Numbered from the stretch's first letter, positions 37,855 through 48,947 are shown. The stretch: DNA of 64,000 nt from Bacteroidota bacterium (GCA_947478005.1 CANJVG010000003.1:6696-70695); one strand, 5' to 3'. The notes: a model not told the origin generated them from the sequence alone. Numbers and translations are program-made.

Positions 37855-40827
37855 ATGTTTCCTTGTTTCGCGCAGATGCTTTTACGAGTTACAAATTTCA
37901 AATCACTAATTGGTGCGCCCCGCATTTGGGTTTGTCTCGTGTCTTGTGTCTTGTGTCTTGTGTCAAGCTCCCAAAATCCCGATTTCGTGAACTGGAAAAC
38001 CGACAAGGCTTGCATCGCCTGGGTTGATTCGGTTTACAAGCAACTTTCGGTAGAAGAAAAAATCGGGCAGTTCTTCATGCTGCCGGCCTACACCGAGGGA
38101 AAATCCTACAACATGGATTCCGTATTGCTCTGGATGAAACAAGGAAAAGCCGGAGGAGTAATTTTTTTTAAAGGAAAACCCGAAGCAGAAGCCGAATGGA
38201 CCAATAAAATTCAGGACTCCACCAAGGTCAAAAGTTTTATTGCCATTGATGGCGAATGGGGATTGGCCATGCGCATTGATTCAACGATTTCGTTTCCGCA
38301 TCAAATTGCACTCGGAGCGGTGGCCGACAATAAATTGATTTATGAAATGGGCCGCGAGATTGGTCGCGAGTGCAAGCGCATTGGAATCAACATCAACTTT
38401 GCTCCCGATGTGGATGTCAACAACAATCCGAACAACCCCGTTATCAATGACCGAAGTTTTGGCGAAGACAAATACAAAGTAGCGCTCAAGGGCATTGAAT
38501 ATTCCAATGGTATGCAGGATGAAGGTGTGCTCGCTTGCGCCAAACATTTTCCGGGACATGGTGATGTAAATACTGATTCACATTTCGATTTGCCGCTGAT
38601 AACAAAAAGCGCAGCAGCTTTTGATTCGCTGGAATTTTATCCTTTCAAAATTCTTTTCAAAAATAATGTGGGCAGTGCTATGGTTGCTCACCTCAATGTG
38701 CCCGCTTTAGATTCCACCAACACACCCGCTTCGCTTTCCTATCGTATTGCCACAAACTATTTGCACGACACACTTGGATTCAATGGCTTAGTTTTTTCCG
38801 ATGCATTGAACATGAAAGGCGTTGCCAAATACTACAAGCCGGGCACCGTTGATTCGATGGCCTTCATGGCGGGCTGCGACATTCTGGTGTTCAGCGAAGA
38901 TGCTTCGAAAGGAATTGAAAAAATAAAAGCCTCTGTTGACAGCGAATGTATTTCGCTGTATGAACTGGAGTTGCGTGTAAAAAAAGTGCTGGCTTACAAA
39001 TACAAACTTGGTTTGAATAAACCGCAGCACGTTAACCTCGAAAACCTGCGCGATGATTTGAATAACGCTAAAGCAAAAATGCTTCGCCAGCAATTATTCG
39101 AACGGGCCATTACTATAGCGGCTAATCAGAACAACCTTTTGCCATTTAAGGATTGGAACTATCGAAAAGTGGCTTCGCTTTCTATTGGCAACAACGGCAC
39201 TTCGCAGTTTCAACAGCACATCAATAATTTTGAAGAACTAGATTTTTTCAATCAGCCATTGGAGCACAACGAAAGCACCTTTACTTCTTTGCTCGATACG
39301 CTTGCTACCTACGATTTAGTGATTGTTGACTTGCATGGTATGATTCGCGCAGCGGGCAAGAATTATAATGTTACGGAGGAAACCAGAAAGTTTGTAGAAG
39401 CCCTTACCGGGCGAACAAAAGTAGTGTTGTGTGTATTCGGAAACCCTTATTCCCTGAAATACTTCGAATACATTCCGTGGATTGTGGAAGCTTATGAAGA
39501 TAATGATGCCACCAACCTTGCAGCAGCGAATGCATTGTTCGGTTCGGAAAGGGTTTCGGGGAAGTTGCCCGTTACTGCATCCGCAACTTTTCCAGCAGGT
39601 AGCGGCTTTGTAACAGACAGTATTTATCGTTTAAAAATTACATCGCCTGAAGAAGTTGGAATTCAAACTGCTGCTCTGAAAAAAGTGGACGACATTATTC
39701 AACATGGAATTGAGAACAAGGCCTTTCCGGGCTGTCAGTTGTTAGTCGCTAAGGACGGCAAGGTGATTTGGAATAAAAGCTACGGCACAAAATTTTATGA
39801 GTTGCCAGATGACAAGGTGAAGCCTGCTGATTTGTATGACATTGCTTCCATTACAAAGGTTGCTGCGACAACCTTATCGGTGATGAAATTATGCGAGCAG
39901 AAGAAAATCAATCTTGATAAAACAGTTGGTGATTATCTCGATTTACCCAAAGATGGCACCATCAAGAATCTGAAACTAAAAGATGTGCTTACGCATCAGG
40001 CCGGTCTGAAAGCATTCTTTATGTTCTACAAAAACACAATTGACAGCAACTTCGAAAAGTATTATCGCAGAAAAGCAGATTCTACTTTCTCAGTGCGTGT
40101 AGCCGATTCACTTTTTATCCGCAATGACTATCCTGATACGATGTGGAGCATTATCAATCACTCTGCAGTAGATGAGCACCCCAAATATGTTTACAGCGAT
40201 AATGACTTCTACATTCTTCAAAAAGTTGTAGAGAAAGTATCGGGCAAAAAACTGGATGCTTTTGTAAATGATAATTTCTATCGGCCAATGGGCTTAACCC
40301 GAATTGGTTTTAAGCCGTTGGATAAGTATCCGTACGAAAGAATAATGCCTACCGAAAATGATTCTGCTTTTCGCAAGCAAGTGGTTCGTGGTTATGTACA
40401 CGACCCGGGTTCAGCCATGTATGGAGGTGTTGCAGGACATGCCGGAGTTTTCAGCAATGCTTTTGATTTAGCTGCTCTCTTTCAAATGTTGCTGAACAAC
40501 GGAACTTACAACAGAAAAAGATTTTTGGATTCATGTACGATTCACAACTTCACTTCCCGCCAATCAAAAATTTCGCGCAGAGGTTATGGCTTTGACAAGC
40601 CCGAACCGGATGTGAGCAAGCCTTCACCTTGCTATGATGGTGTTCCTCTTTCTGCTTTCGGGCATACGGGCTTTACAGGCACCTGTGTTTGGAGCGACCC
40701 CGAAAACAACCTCACCTATATTTTCCTGAGCAATCGGGTCTACCCAAATGCCGAAAACAACCAGTTGGTGAAGATGAATATCCGCACCGATCTGCAGGAA
40801 GTGATTTATAAAGCGATTGGGAAGTAA
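37855..40827 (+). CDS. GH3 beta-N-acetylglucosaminidase fused to a beta-lactamase-like serine hydrolase; exact start uncertain
   Basis: IDGEWGL, KHFPGHG and FSDALNM (NagZ-type GH3); ASITK (SxxK), YVYSD, GHTGFTGT in the C-terminal domain. Confidence 0.93.
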   Translation: MFPCFAQMLLRVTNFKSLIGAPRIWVCLVSCVLCLVSSSQNPDFVNWKTDKACIAWVDSVYKQLSVEEKIGQFFMLPAYTEGKSYNMDSVLLWMKQGKAGGVIFFKGKPEAEAEWTNKIQDSTKVKSFIAIDGEWGLAMRIDSTISFPHQIALGAVADNKLIYEMGREIGRECKRIGININFAPDVDVNNNPNNPVINDRSFGEDKYKVALKGIEYSNGMQDEGVLACAKHFPGHGDVNTDSHFDLPLITKSAAAFDSLEFYPFKILFKNNVGSAMVAHLNVPALDSTNTPASLSYRIATNYLHDTLGFNGLVFSDALNMKGVAKYYKPGTVDSMAFMAGCDILVFSEDASKGIEKIKASVDSECISLYELELRVKKVLAYKYKLGLNKPQHVNLENLRDDLNNAKAKMLRQQLFERAITIAANQNNLLPFKDWNYRKVASLSIGNNGTSQFQQHINNFEELDFFNQPLEHNESTFTSLLDTLATYDLVIVDLHGMIRAAGKNYNVTEETRKFVEALTGRTKVVLCVFGNPYSLKYFEYIPWIVEAYEDNDATNLAAANALFGSERVSGKLPVTASATFPAGSGFVTDSIYRLKITSPEEVGIQTAALKKVDDIIQHGIENKAFPGCQLLVAKDGKVIWNKSYGTKFYELPDDKVKPADLYDIASITKVAATTLSVMKLCEQKKINLDKTVGDYLDLPKDGTIKNLKLKDVLTHQAGLKAFFMFYKNTIDSNFEKYYRRKADSTFSVRVADSLFIRNDYPDTMWSIINHSAVDEHPKYVYSDNDFYILQKVVEKVSGKKLDAFVNDNFYRPMGLTRIGFKPLDKYPYERIMPTENDSAFRKQVVRGYVHDPGSAMYGGVAGHAGVFSNAFDLAALFQMLLNNGTYNRKRFLDSCTIHNFTSRQSKISRRGYGFDKPEPDVSKPSPCYDGVPLSAFGHTGFTGTCVWSDPENNLTYIFLSNRVYPNAENNQLVKMNIRTDLQEVIYKAIGK

Positions 40828-40882
40828 ACTTCTCTTCTTACAATCTGTTTACATTCGCTTCGTCTTAAATCAAAAGCTGAAA

Positions 40883-42031
40883 ATGAAAATCGGAATTGTA
40901 TGTTATCCCACTTATGGTGGAAGCGGTGTAGTGGCTACCGAATTAGGAAAGGCCCTTGCCAACAAAGGTCATCAGGTTCATTTTATTACTTATCAGGAGC
41001 CTGTTCGGCTTGATTCTTTTCACGAAAATATTTTTTACCATGAAGTGTCGGCATTAGATTATCCGCTATTTCAATATCAGCCTTATGAAAGCGCGCTGGC
41101 GAGTAAAATTGTAGATGTAGCAAAGTTTGAAAAGCTCGATATTTTGCATGTACATTATGCTATCCCTCATGCGTCTTCTGCTTTAATAGCGCGAAGTATT
41201 TTGAAGGAAAATGGATTTAATCTTCCATTTGTAACCACTTTGCACGGTACGGACATTACGCTCATAGGCAAGGACCCCGGCTACAAACCTGTGGTGGAAT
41301 ATTCCATCAACCATAGCGATGGTATTACCTCGGTTTCACAAAGTTTGAAGGATGATACCTACCGTAATTTCAACATTACCCGCGACATTGAAGTGATTCC
41401 CAATTTCATTGATTTTGCCCGATTCAAGAAAACAGATAAAGACCATTTCAAGAAAGCCATTGCACCAAACGGAGAAAAAATTCTGACCCACGTTTCTAAC
41501 TTTCGCAAAGTAAAGAGGGTAGAAGATGTGGTATTGATGTTTGATTTAGTGCGTAAGAAAGTTCCTTCTAAACTTTTTCTGGTGGGTGACGGACCCGAGA
41601 GAATGGGCATTGAAATGCTCTGTCGTAGCCTTGGTAATTGCGAAGATGTTCGTTTTTTAGGTAAGCAAGATGCTGTAGAGGAGCTATTGGCCGTTTCTGA
41701 TTTATTCATTTTGCCTTCCGAAACTGAAAGTTTTGGATTAGCGGCTTTGGAAGCTATGGCGGTGGAAGTGCCGGTTATTTCTTCCAATGCCGGTGGAATT
41801 CCCGAAATAAATATTCAGGGCAAAACGGGTTTTATGAGCAATGTGGGCGACTTTGAAGACATGGCTAAGAACGCCATATACATTTTGGAAGATGAAACCA
41901 GGCTCAAAGAATTTAAGAAAGCTGCCCTTGCACACGCCAAAACCTTCGACATTGTAAATGTTCTTCCCCAATATGAAGCTTACTACAACAAAGTCATCAG
42001 CTTCTACAACGATTTGGACTTCGTGATTTAA
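40883..42031 (+). CDS. bshA: N-acetyl-alpha-D-glucosaminyl L-malate synthase
   Basis: MKIGIVCYPTYGGSGVVATELG, HVHYAIPHA, TTLHGTDIT, ESFGLAALEAM. Confidence 0.96.
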   Translation: MKIGIVCYPTYGGSGVVATELGKALANKGHQVHFITYQEPVRLDSFHENIFYHEVSALDYPLFQYQPYESALASKIVDVAKFEKLDILHVHYAIPHASSALIARSILKENGFNLPFVTTLHGTDITLIGKDPGYKPVVEYSINHSDGITSVSQSLKDDTYRNFNITRDIEVIPNFIDFARFKKTDKDHFKKAIAPNGEKILTHVSNFRKVKRVEDVVLMFDLVRKKVPSKLFLVGDGPERMGIEMLCRSLGNCEDVRFLGKQDAVEELLAVSDLFILPSETESFGLAALEAMAVEVPVISSNAGGIPEINIQGKTGFMSNVGDFEDMAKNAIYILEDETRLKEFKKAALAHAKTFDIVNVLPQYEAYYNKVISFYNDLDFVI

Positions 42032-42208
42032 TCATTTATTGCCCCATATTCGTTTAGCGTGTGCCATTCGACACAATCTGCTGGTTAAATAGCTTGTTTT
42101 TCAGCTTTTCGTTGCAGCGAATAATGAATCTAATGAATTGAAGGGTCGGGAGACGGCTTCAGATTAACGGTCCCGCGAAGACAGCCATTATCCAAAACAA
42201 CTATCCCC

Positions 42209-42242
42209 AAAAAAAGTCCGCCCCATTTGTATGAAGCGGACT
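42209..42242 (-). terminator. Intrinsic terminator after the sigma factor gene
   Basis: Minus strand AGTCCGC...GCGGACT followed by a T run. Confidence 0.7.
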
Positions 42243-42263
42243 GTAACAAAAACAATGAAAAAC

Positions 42264-42851
42264 TTATAGCTCGCGTAGAGACACCTGCTGCTCTTCCATC
42301 AACTTGCGCAGCGTTATCAGTGCATAGCGCATTCTTCCCAGGCAGGTATTAAGGGGAGTATTTGTATATTCTGAAACTTCCTTAAAACTGAAGTTGAAAA
42401 AATGACGAAGAATAACCACCTCCTTTTGTTCTTCAGGCAATTGCTCCATCAAATCTTTCAATTTGGTTTCAAACTTCTCCAACTGAACGTGCTCGTTCAT
42501 AGGCGTTTCCTCAAACTTCATGTATTTAAAAACGTCATCACCTTCGCTGGTTACAATTCCCGGATTACGTTTCAGCTTACGGAAATGGTCAATACATAGG
42601 TTATAGGCAATACGGGCGACCCAAGGCGCAAACTTTCCTTCTTCGTTATACTTTCCCCTGCGGAGATAGTCTATCGCCTTGATATAGGTTTCCTGAAAAA
42701 TATCTTCGGCCAGATAATTGTCCTTTACCATCAGGTAAATAGACGTGTAAATTTTGTCCTTGTGACGAATAATTAATCGTTCAAGGGCAAGTTCGTTGCC
42801 GGCAAGATACTGGTCTACCAGTTCCTGATCGCTCATTAGTTGAGTGCGCAT
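42264..42851 (-). CDS. ECF-type RNA polymerase sigma-70 factor
   Basis: AEDIFQETYIK, W..RIAYNLCIDHFRK, LPEEQKEVVILRH, NTCLGRMRYAL. Confidence 0.95.
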   Translation of the reverse strand: MRTQLMSDQELVDQYLAGNELALERLIIRHKDKIYTSIYLMVKDNYLAEDIFQETYIKAIDYLRRGKYNEEGKFAPWVARIAYNLCIDHFRKLKRNPGIVTSEGDDVFKYMKFEETPMNEHVQLEKFETKLKDLMEQLPEEQKEVVILRHFFNFSFKEVSEYTNTPLNTCLGRMRYALITLRKLMEEQQVSLREL

Positions 42852-43150
42852 GGTTTTACGTTTTAGAGTGAAAAAAACGTAGAGATGTTTAGATAGGCAG
42901 TTTCTGTTTTAGTTTTTCAATATCGATTGACCACACTATTTTTTTTGTTCATTAGCCAAAAGCCTTAGCCCATGGACAAATAGTAGCAGTAAATGGTAAA
43001 TCAGAGTAGAATTAGCCGATATTGAAACAGAATTTTAATAGAATAAAAAGCCCTAAAAATTAACTTTGCAAATCTTGAAAAACGGAAAGTAGAAGTAGAT
43101 TGCTATAGGACTTGTTTTGATTATTGTAATTCGAATATAAAAAAACAAAA

Positions 43151-45952
43151 TTGAAATCACCAAATAAATTTTCGGCCAGCGAAAAAAAAATATTTATCAA
43201 AGGCGCCCGCGTTCACAATTTGAAGAACGTAGATGTCGAATTGCCGAAGAACAAATTCATCGTTATCACCGGTGTTTCCGGCTCCGGCAAATCCTCCCTC
43301 ACCATTGATACCTTGTTTGCCGAAGGCCAAAGGCGCTATGTCGAATCCCTCTCTTCCTATGCTCGCCAGTTTCTCAATCGAATGGATAAACCTGATGTAG
43401 ACTATATCAAAGGCCTTTGTCCTGCCATCGCCATAGAACAAAAAGTATCTACCAAAACAACACGCTCCACCGTTGGCTCGCTTACAGAACTATACGATTA
43501 CCTGCGCCTTTTGTTCGCGCGCATCGGCAAAACCTATTCGCCCAAAACAGGAGAGCTGGTGATTAAGCACGAAGTAAAAGATGTGGTTGATTTTATTTTC
43601 AAACTAAGCGAGGACGAAAAAGTCTTCATCTACTTTGAAGACAAAGTGCAGAAAGCTTTTGGAGATGATTTGAAACTGCTTTTGCAAAAAGGATTTACCA
43701 GAGTAAAGTTTGGGGATGAAGTGGCAAAGATTGAAGAGTTGCTGGAAGACAAGGATGCATTGAAGAAGAAACAGACTTCGATAAAGGTATTGGTGGACCG
43801 TTTAGTAGTGAAGCATGATGACGAAGATTTAATATCAAGAGCAGCTGACTCGGTTCAAACAGCATTCAGCGAAGGGCATGGCGATTGTGTAATTGAATAT
43901 GGCGGGGATAAATCAAAAATGTTCTCCAATAGATTTGAGGCAGATGGAATTTCCTTCGAAGAACCGTCTCCCGATTTTTTCAACTTCAATAATCCTTACG
44001 GTGCCTGCAAAACTTGCGAAGGCTTTGGAACGGTAATGGGCTTGGATGAAGATTTAATTTTCCCTGAAAAAGAATTATCCATTTATGAAGGCGCTGTTGC
44101 ACCCTGGAAAAGCGAAAAGATGCAGGAGTGGGCAGAGCCATTAATCAAAAAAGGAATTCTGTTCGACTTCCCAATCCATCGAGCCTACAAAGACCTGGAT
44201 GAAAAAGACAAACAGTTGTTATGGGACGGCAACAAATACTTTAAAGGGCTGCATGACTTTTTTAAACATTTAGAAGAGCAGAGTTATAAAATTCAATACC
44301 GTGTTATGCTTTCGCGCTTTCGCGGAAAAACAACCTGCCCCGATTGTAAGGGCTCGCGCATTCGTAAAGACTCACAGTATGTAAAAATTCAGGACAAGCA
44401 TATCGCTCAGCTAATGCTGTTGCCAATAAAAGACCTGCACGCTTTTTTCAAAACAATCAGCCTGACAGAGCAGCAAGCCGAAATCGGCAAACGCATTCTC
44501 CTCGAAATAAACTCACGCTTGCAAACTATGATGGACGTAGGCTTAGGTTATCTGTCTTTAAACCGTTTATCCAATTCGCTTTCCGGAGGCGAAACACAGC
44601 GCATCAATCTCACTCGCTCTATCGGCAGTAACCTTACTTCTTCACTTTATATTTTAGATGAACCAAGTGTGGGTTTGCATCAACGAGACACAGAGAGATT
44701 AATAAAAGTTTTGAAAAATCTTCGCGACTTAGGCAACACGGTGGTGATTGTAGAACACGATGAAGATATAATGAAAGCCAGTGACCACATTGTAGATATG
44801 GGCCCCGAAGCAGGAATCTTTGGAGGCGAAGTAATGTTCAACGGAGTGTCGAAAGATTTGCTGAAATCAAAAACACTCACAGCAAAATATCTCAATGGCG
44901 AAATGGAAATTGCCTATAGCCGTAAAAGAAGAAAGCCATCTAACTGGATAGAGATTATCAGCGCCAGCCAAAACAATTTGAAAAGCATTGATGTAAAAAT
45001 TCCACTTGGAGCCTTAACGGTGGTGAGCGGAGTAAGCGGTTCCGGCAAAACAACTTTGATAAAGAAGATTCTGTATCCCGCATTGATGCGAATGTTCGAT
45101 AGTGCTGCTGAAAAGCCAGGAACCTTCCGCGAACTGAAAGGCGACATGCGAAGAATTACTGCGGTGGAAATGATTGACCAGAACCCTTTAGGAAGAAGTT
45201 CTCGTTCTAATCCTGTTACCTACGTAAAATCCTATGATGGTATTCGCGAGTTGTTTGCACGCATGCAGCTTTCCAAGATACGCGGCTACTTGCCGAAAGA
45301 TTTTTCCTTCAACGTAGAAGGCGGTCGCTGCGAAACATGTAAGGGAGATGGAGAGGTAATTGTAGAAATGCAGTTCCTGGCCGATGTTCATTTGAAATGC
45401 GAAACTTGCAATGGAAAAAAATTCAAAGAAGAAGTCTTAGAAGTTCAGTTTAAGGGAAAAAACATTTACGAGGTTTTGGAATTGAGCGTTGACGAATCAC
45501 TCGATTTCTTCCAAGGAGACGAAAGTATTGTCACTAAACTTCTGCCTTTACAAAAAGTAGGTTTGGGATATGTAAAGTTGGGACAATCGAGTTCTACGTT
45601 GAGCGGTGGCGAAGCGCAGAGGGTAAAGTTGGCTTCCTTTCTAAGCAAAGGAGTTGCACCCAATCCAATCCTTTTCATTTTTGATGAACCAACAACGGGA
45701 TTGCATTTCCATGACATCAACAAACTTGTTTCTTCCTTCAATCAATTGATAGAAGTAGGTCATTCGGTAATTGTAATCGAACATAACATGGACGTAATAA
45801 AATGTGCTGACTGGCTGATAGATTTAGGCCCAGAGGGAGGCGATGAGGGTGGCAACCTGGTATATCAGGGTGCACCGGAAGGCATACTTTCCGAAAAATC
45901 TTCCTATACTGCACATTACCTAAAGGAAAAATTGAACAAAGAATTAAATTGA
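43151..45952 (+). CDS. uvrA: Excinuclease ABC subunit A
   Basis: Two Walker A motifs (GVSGSGKS/T), LSGGE signatures, CxxC zinc fingers, EGQRRYVESLS. Confidence 0.98.
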   Translation: MKSPNKFSASEKKIFIKGARVHNLKNVDVELPKNKFIVITGVSGSGKSSLTIDTLFAEGQRRYVESLSSYARQFLNRMDKPDVDYIKGLCPAIAIEQKVSTKTTRSTVGSLTELYDYLRLLFARIGKTYSPKTGELVIKHEVKDVVDFIFKLSEDEKVFIYFEDKVQKAFGDDLKLLLQKGFTRVKFGDEVAKIEELLEDKDALKKKQTSIKVLVDRLVVKHDDEDLISRAADSVQTAFSEGHGDCVIEYGGDKSKMFSNRFEADGISFEEPSPDFFNFNNPYGACKTCEGFGTVMGLDEDLIFPEKELSIYEGAVAPWKSEKMQEWAEPLIKKGILFDFPIHRAYKDLDEKDKQLLWDGNKYFKGLHDFFKHLEEQSYKIQYRVMLSRFRGKTTCPDCKGSRIRKDSQYVKIQDKHIAQLMLLPIKDLHAFFKTISLTEQQAEIGKRILLEINSRLQTMMDVGLGYLSLNRLSNSLSGGETQRINLTRSIGSNLTSSLYILDEPSVGLHQRDTERLIKVLKNLRDLGNTVVIVEHDEDIMKASDHIVDMGPEAGIFGGEVMFNGVSKDLLKSKTLTAKYLNGEMEIAYSRKRRKPSNWIEIISASQNNLKSIDVKIPLGALTVVSGVSGSGKTTLIKKILYPALMRMFDSAAEKPGTFRELKGDMRRITAVEMIDQNPLGRSSRSNPVTYVKSYDGIRELFARMQLSKIRGYLPKDFSFNVEGGRCETCKGDGEVIVEMQFLADVHLKCETCNGKKFKEEVLEVQFKGKNIYEVLELSVDESLDFFQGDESIVTKLLPLQKVGLGYVKLGQSSSTLSGGEAQRVKLASFLSKGVAPNPILFIFDEPTTGLHFHDINKLVSSFNQLIEVGHSVIVIEHNMDVIKCADWLIDLGPEGGDEGGNLVYQGAPEGILSEKSSYTAHYLKEKLNKELN

Positions 45953-45961
45953 TTTTCCTTA

Positions 45962-47002
45962 TTGCAAAAGCATAACGTGAAACGGAGAATACTTAGTTTG
46001 TTGCTTATATTTTTTGCTTGTGCGCATTTGAGCGGGCAGAGCTTTTATGGAGTTGTAAAAAAGGCAGACAGCCTTTCCTCACCTATCTTCCAGGCACAAG
46101 TTGAAGTAATGGAATTGGATAAACCAGCCAATATCTACAAAACCTATTTTGACGGAGGATACAAATTCAACGTCAGTAAAAACCGGACTTACACTATTAA
46201 AGTTTCTTATCCGGGCTATATCGATACAATTTTTACAGTGCAAACCGATAAAGCAGGAAAGCCATTTCCTCCAAACCTGATAGTGAGATTAATGAAGGAC
46301 GGCATGCGGTTAATGGGGAAAATAAGAAGTAGAGAAGAAGAGTTTCCCATTAAAGAAGCCACGATTATTCTAAAGAACGTAATGACAAAGGAGGAATTTT
46401 CCATTACAACAGGCATTGACGGAGCTTATAATTTCAAACTCGAGTATGAAACCAATTACAAGGTCTCTATTGACAAGCGCTCCACTGGAATACTCAACCA
46501 TTTTAAAGACACCAGCTTTTATGTTTCTACCATTGGCTTCAATCTTCCACTTGACTATAAGCTGGATATTTTCCTTGACCCGATTCTAAATCCTGACCCT
46601 GAATTGATAGATCGATATAACTCTATAAAACAACCTTTTCTCGCAAACACAAATCCTACTTCTAAAGAAAAACAAGAAAGGATTTCAAAAGCAAAGGGCT
46701 CTGCTGATAAAATGGAAATCAAACAACCATTTGTTCAGGAAGCGAGTACAAAAGAAGCAGATAACACGGTTTCTAAAATGCAAGAGCAGTTAGAGAAAAC
46801 AAAAAGAGAATTAGAAGAACTTAAGAAATTGAATGAAAGCATAAAGAAAAATTCAGGTGGAATCTCTCAGCCTACATCAAACAGGAAAAAGAAAAAGGAA
46901 GATGCTAATCTGGAAGTAGTTATCATCCGTGATGAGCCTGTGAGAAAAGGAACGAAAGAAACAGATAAAATTAGAGGCGTTCAGGATTCTATACCAAGGT
47001 GA
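45962..47002 (+). CDS. Exported hypothetical protein with two carboxypeptidase-regulatory-like beta domains and a charged C-terminal tail
   Basis: Signal peptide; repeated T..DG.Y.F.....Y.I/V pattern; C-terminal EQLEKTKRELEELKKL coiled-coil-like segment. Confidence 0.7.
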   Translation: MQKHNVKRRILSLLLIFFACAHLSGQSFYGVVKKADSLSSPIFQAQVEVMELDKPANIYKTYFDGGYKFNVSKNRTYTIKVSYPGYIDTIFTVQTDKAGKPFPPNLIVRLMKDGMRLMGKIRSREEEFPIKEATIILKNVMTKEEFSITTGIDGAYNFKLEYETNYKVSIDKRSTGILNHFKDTSFYVSTIGFNLPLDYKLDIFLDPILNPDPELIDRYNSIKQPFLANTNPTSKEKQERISKAKGSADKMEIKQPFVQEASTKEADNTVSKMQEQLEKTKRELEELKKLNESIKKNSGGISQPTSNRKKKKEDANLEVVIIRDEPVRKGTKETDKIRGVQDSIPR

Positions 47003-47005
47003 AAA

Positions 47006-47605
47006 CTATTTCCACTCAAAAGTCTTAATCATCTGCTGTAAATCAGCTTTTACAAAACTAAGAACCGGACTCATGCTATCTGCATTGGGTTGGCTATAGA
47101 AATAAAGAGCTCCGCGAATGAAGTGACGATTGGTATCGGTTAAAAAAAACTGAACATTGCTTGCCGCATCGCCTCCTAAGTCATAAAGAATGCCACCTAC
47201 CCCATGCGCATTATCAACTTTAATCTCATCAATGTAATTTGCCTTTTTTGTGTGTTTAAAGGCCATCTTGTGTGCGTCTTCTACCAAATGCTCTAAACTC
47301 ATAGAGTCGTTAATATCCTTATATGTTAAATTGATAACACCGTTGAGCGTTGGGAAATAAATATTGAGCCAGCATTGATCGCTTCGAAGTCTTTCGCCAA
47401 AATAAGTTGTGTCTCGTGATACCTTGGTATAAACCGGCTTCTCGAATTTAAATGGACACTCCTGTGGGTCATACAATTCATACTTTCTATCGGGAAAGAT
47501 TACACGGGGATATGCTTTTTGTTTAGGCGTATAATCACCATGGCAAGAGGACAAAATCACTGAACAGAGAGCGCACCATACAGAAAAAAAACGCCTATGC
47601 TTCAT
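47006..47605 (-). CDS. gldD: Gliding motility lipoprotein GldD
   Basis: Lipobox LSSC, PK.KAYPR, CPFKFE.P, AASNVQFFLTD..HFIRGALYF. Confidence 0.95.
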   Translation of the reverse strand: MKHRRFFSVWCALCSVILSSCHGDYTPKQKAYPRVIFPDRKYELYDPQECPFKFEKPVYTKVSRDTTYFGERLRSDQCWLNIYFPTLNGVINLTYKDINDSMSLEHLVEDAHKMAFKHTKKANYIDEIKVDNAHGVGGILYDLGGDAASNVQFFLTDTNRHFIRGALYFYSQPNADSMSPVLSFVKADLQQMIKTFEWK

Positions 47606-48947
47606 TTGTGATTTTTACCTTTTCAATTCTGTTTTTCAATACAGATATAATGGTGAACTTATAATTCAGTAATTTCATTTCCTCCCCGTTTTTAGGAATA
47701 CGACCTACTATTTCAAGTATCAGGCCGGCTATAGTTTCTGATTCACCCCTTAGTTCGTCAAAGGTAACTATGGGCATCTCCATTAAATGGCATACATCTA
47801 CTAATGGGGTGCTGCCATTAAATAGAAAATTGCGGTCATCAATTTTTTTAAATCCGGTTTCTGTTGCTTCATCAAACTCATCAGTGATGTCTCCAACAAC
47901 CTCTTCAACAATATCCTCAAGAGTAATTATTCCAGCTGTGCCACCAAATTCATCGGCTACAATCGCCAAGTGCTTTCTGTTCTGTTGAATTTCACGTAGC
48001 AGATCATCTATTTTCTTTGTTTCCGGAACGAAGAAGGGTTCGCGAACTAAACTCTGCCAGCCAAATTTTATATCCTGATTCAAGTGTTCAATCAAATCCT
48101 TGATGTTTAACACCCCAACCATATTATCGGGAGTCTCTTTATAAACAGGATATCGGGAATACCCGTGCTCTCGGACGAAACCCATTAACTCCACAAAGTT
48201 GTAATCATAATCTATAGAAATCATAACTGAACGAGGGCGCATAACCTGTTTAACGGTAATATTCCCAAAATGAACAATCCCTTTAAGCAGTTTCGCATCT
48301 TGCTTAGATTCCTTCTTCTCTACCGTTATTTCAATCGCTTTGTTTATCTCTTCTATGTCAATTTCAGCATTGTATTTTTTCAACCTCCTTTCCAGAAATT
48401 GTGTGCCGCCCACTAACACAAAATTTACAGGTTGAAAAATTTTTATGAGCAGATTAAAAACACCACTCATGGCACGTGCAATTTTTACTTTGTTATAAGT
48501 AGCATATACTTTTGGAGTAGCTTCCCCGAAGAGCACGAGGAAGAAGGTAACGACAAGCACGTTCCAAAGAAACTCAATTGCATAGGCAGGCAAGATAAAT
48601 TCTCCAATTGCATAATCGTGAAAGTTGAACATCTTCTTGGTAACAAAGTAAGAAGTAACGACTACACCAATGTTAACCAGATTGTTGCTGATAAGAATGG
48701 TTGAAAGAAGATACCGCGGCTTATCTAAAAGTTTCCCTACTCGATTATCGGCAGGGTCTTCGCTTTCGCGAAGCGCATCCACCTCAACATGGCTCAAAGA
48801 GAAATACGCTATTTCGCTGGCCGACATTACTGCCGAGCAAATAATCAATAGTAAAATAATAAAGTTCGCTATAAAAACAGCAGTAGTTGGCGCGTTGACA
48901 AACGACTGCAAAAAGACAAAGTGTGAGCTACTAAAATCAGCGTCCAA
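47595..48947 (-). CDS. gldE: Gliding motility-associated protein GldE (CNNM-CBS-CorC)
   Basis: SASEIAYFSL, FGEATPK, YSRYPVY, DEFGGTAGIITLEDIVEEVVG; adjacent to gldD. Confidence 0.93.
   Translation of the reverse strand: MDADFSSSHFVFLQSFVNAPTTAVFIANFIILLLIICSAVMSASEIAYFSLSHVEVDALRESEDPADNRVGKLLDKPRYLLSTILISNNLVNIGVVVTSYFVTKKMFNFHDYAIGEFILPAYAIEFLWNVLVVTFFLVLFGEATPKVYATYNKVKIARAMSGVFNLLIKIFQPVNFVLVGGTQFLERRLKKYNAEIDIEEINKAIEITVEKKESKQDAKLLKGIVHFGNITVKQVMRPRSVMISIDYDYNFVELMGFVREHGYSRYPVYKETPDNMVGVLNIKDLIEHLNQDIKFGWQSLVREPFFVPETKKIDDLLREIQQNRKHLAIVADEFGGTAGIITLEDIVEEVVGDITDEFDEATETGFKKIDDRNFLFNGSTPLVDVCHLMEMPIVTFDELRGESETIAGLILEIVGRIPKNGEEMKLLNYKFTIISVLKNRIEKVKITNEA

Noticed and set aside
39650-40827. 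Beta-lactamase-like domain as an antibiotic resistance gene
   Set aside because: It is the C-terminal domain of a common Bacteroidota GH3 fusion, more consistent with peptidoglycan recycling.
42032-42208. Possible structured RNA between bshA and the sigma factor gene (CGGGA...TCCCG)
   Set aside because: Only a 5-bp stem and no clear promoter or known motif; not supportable.
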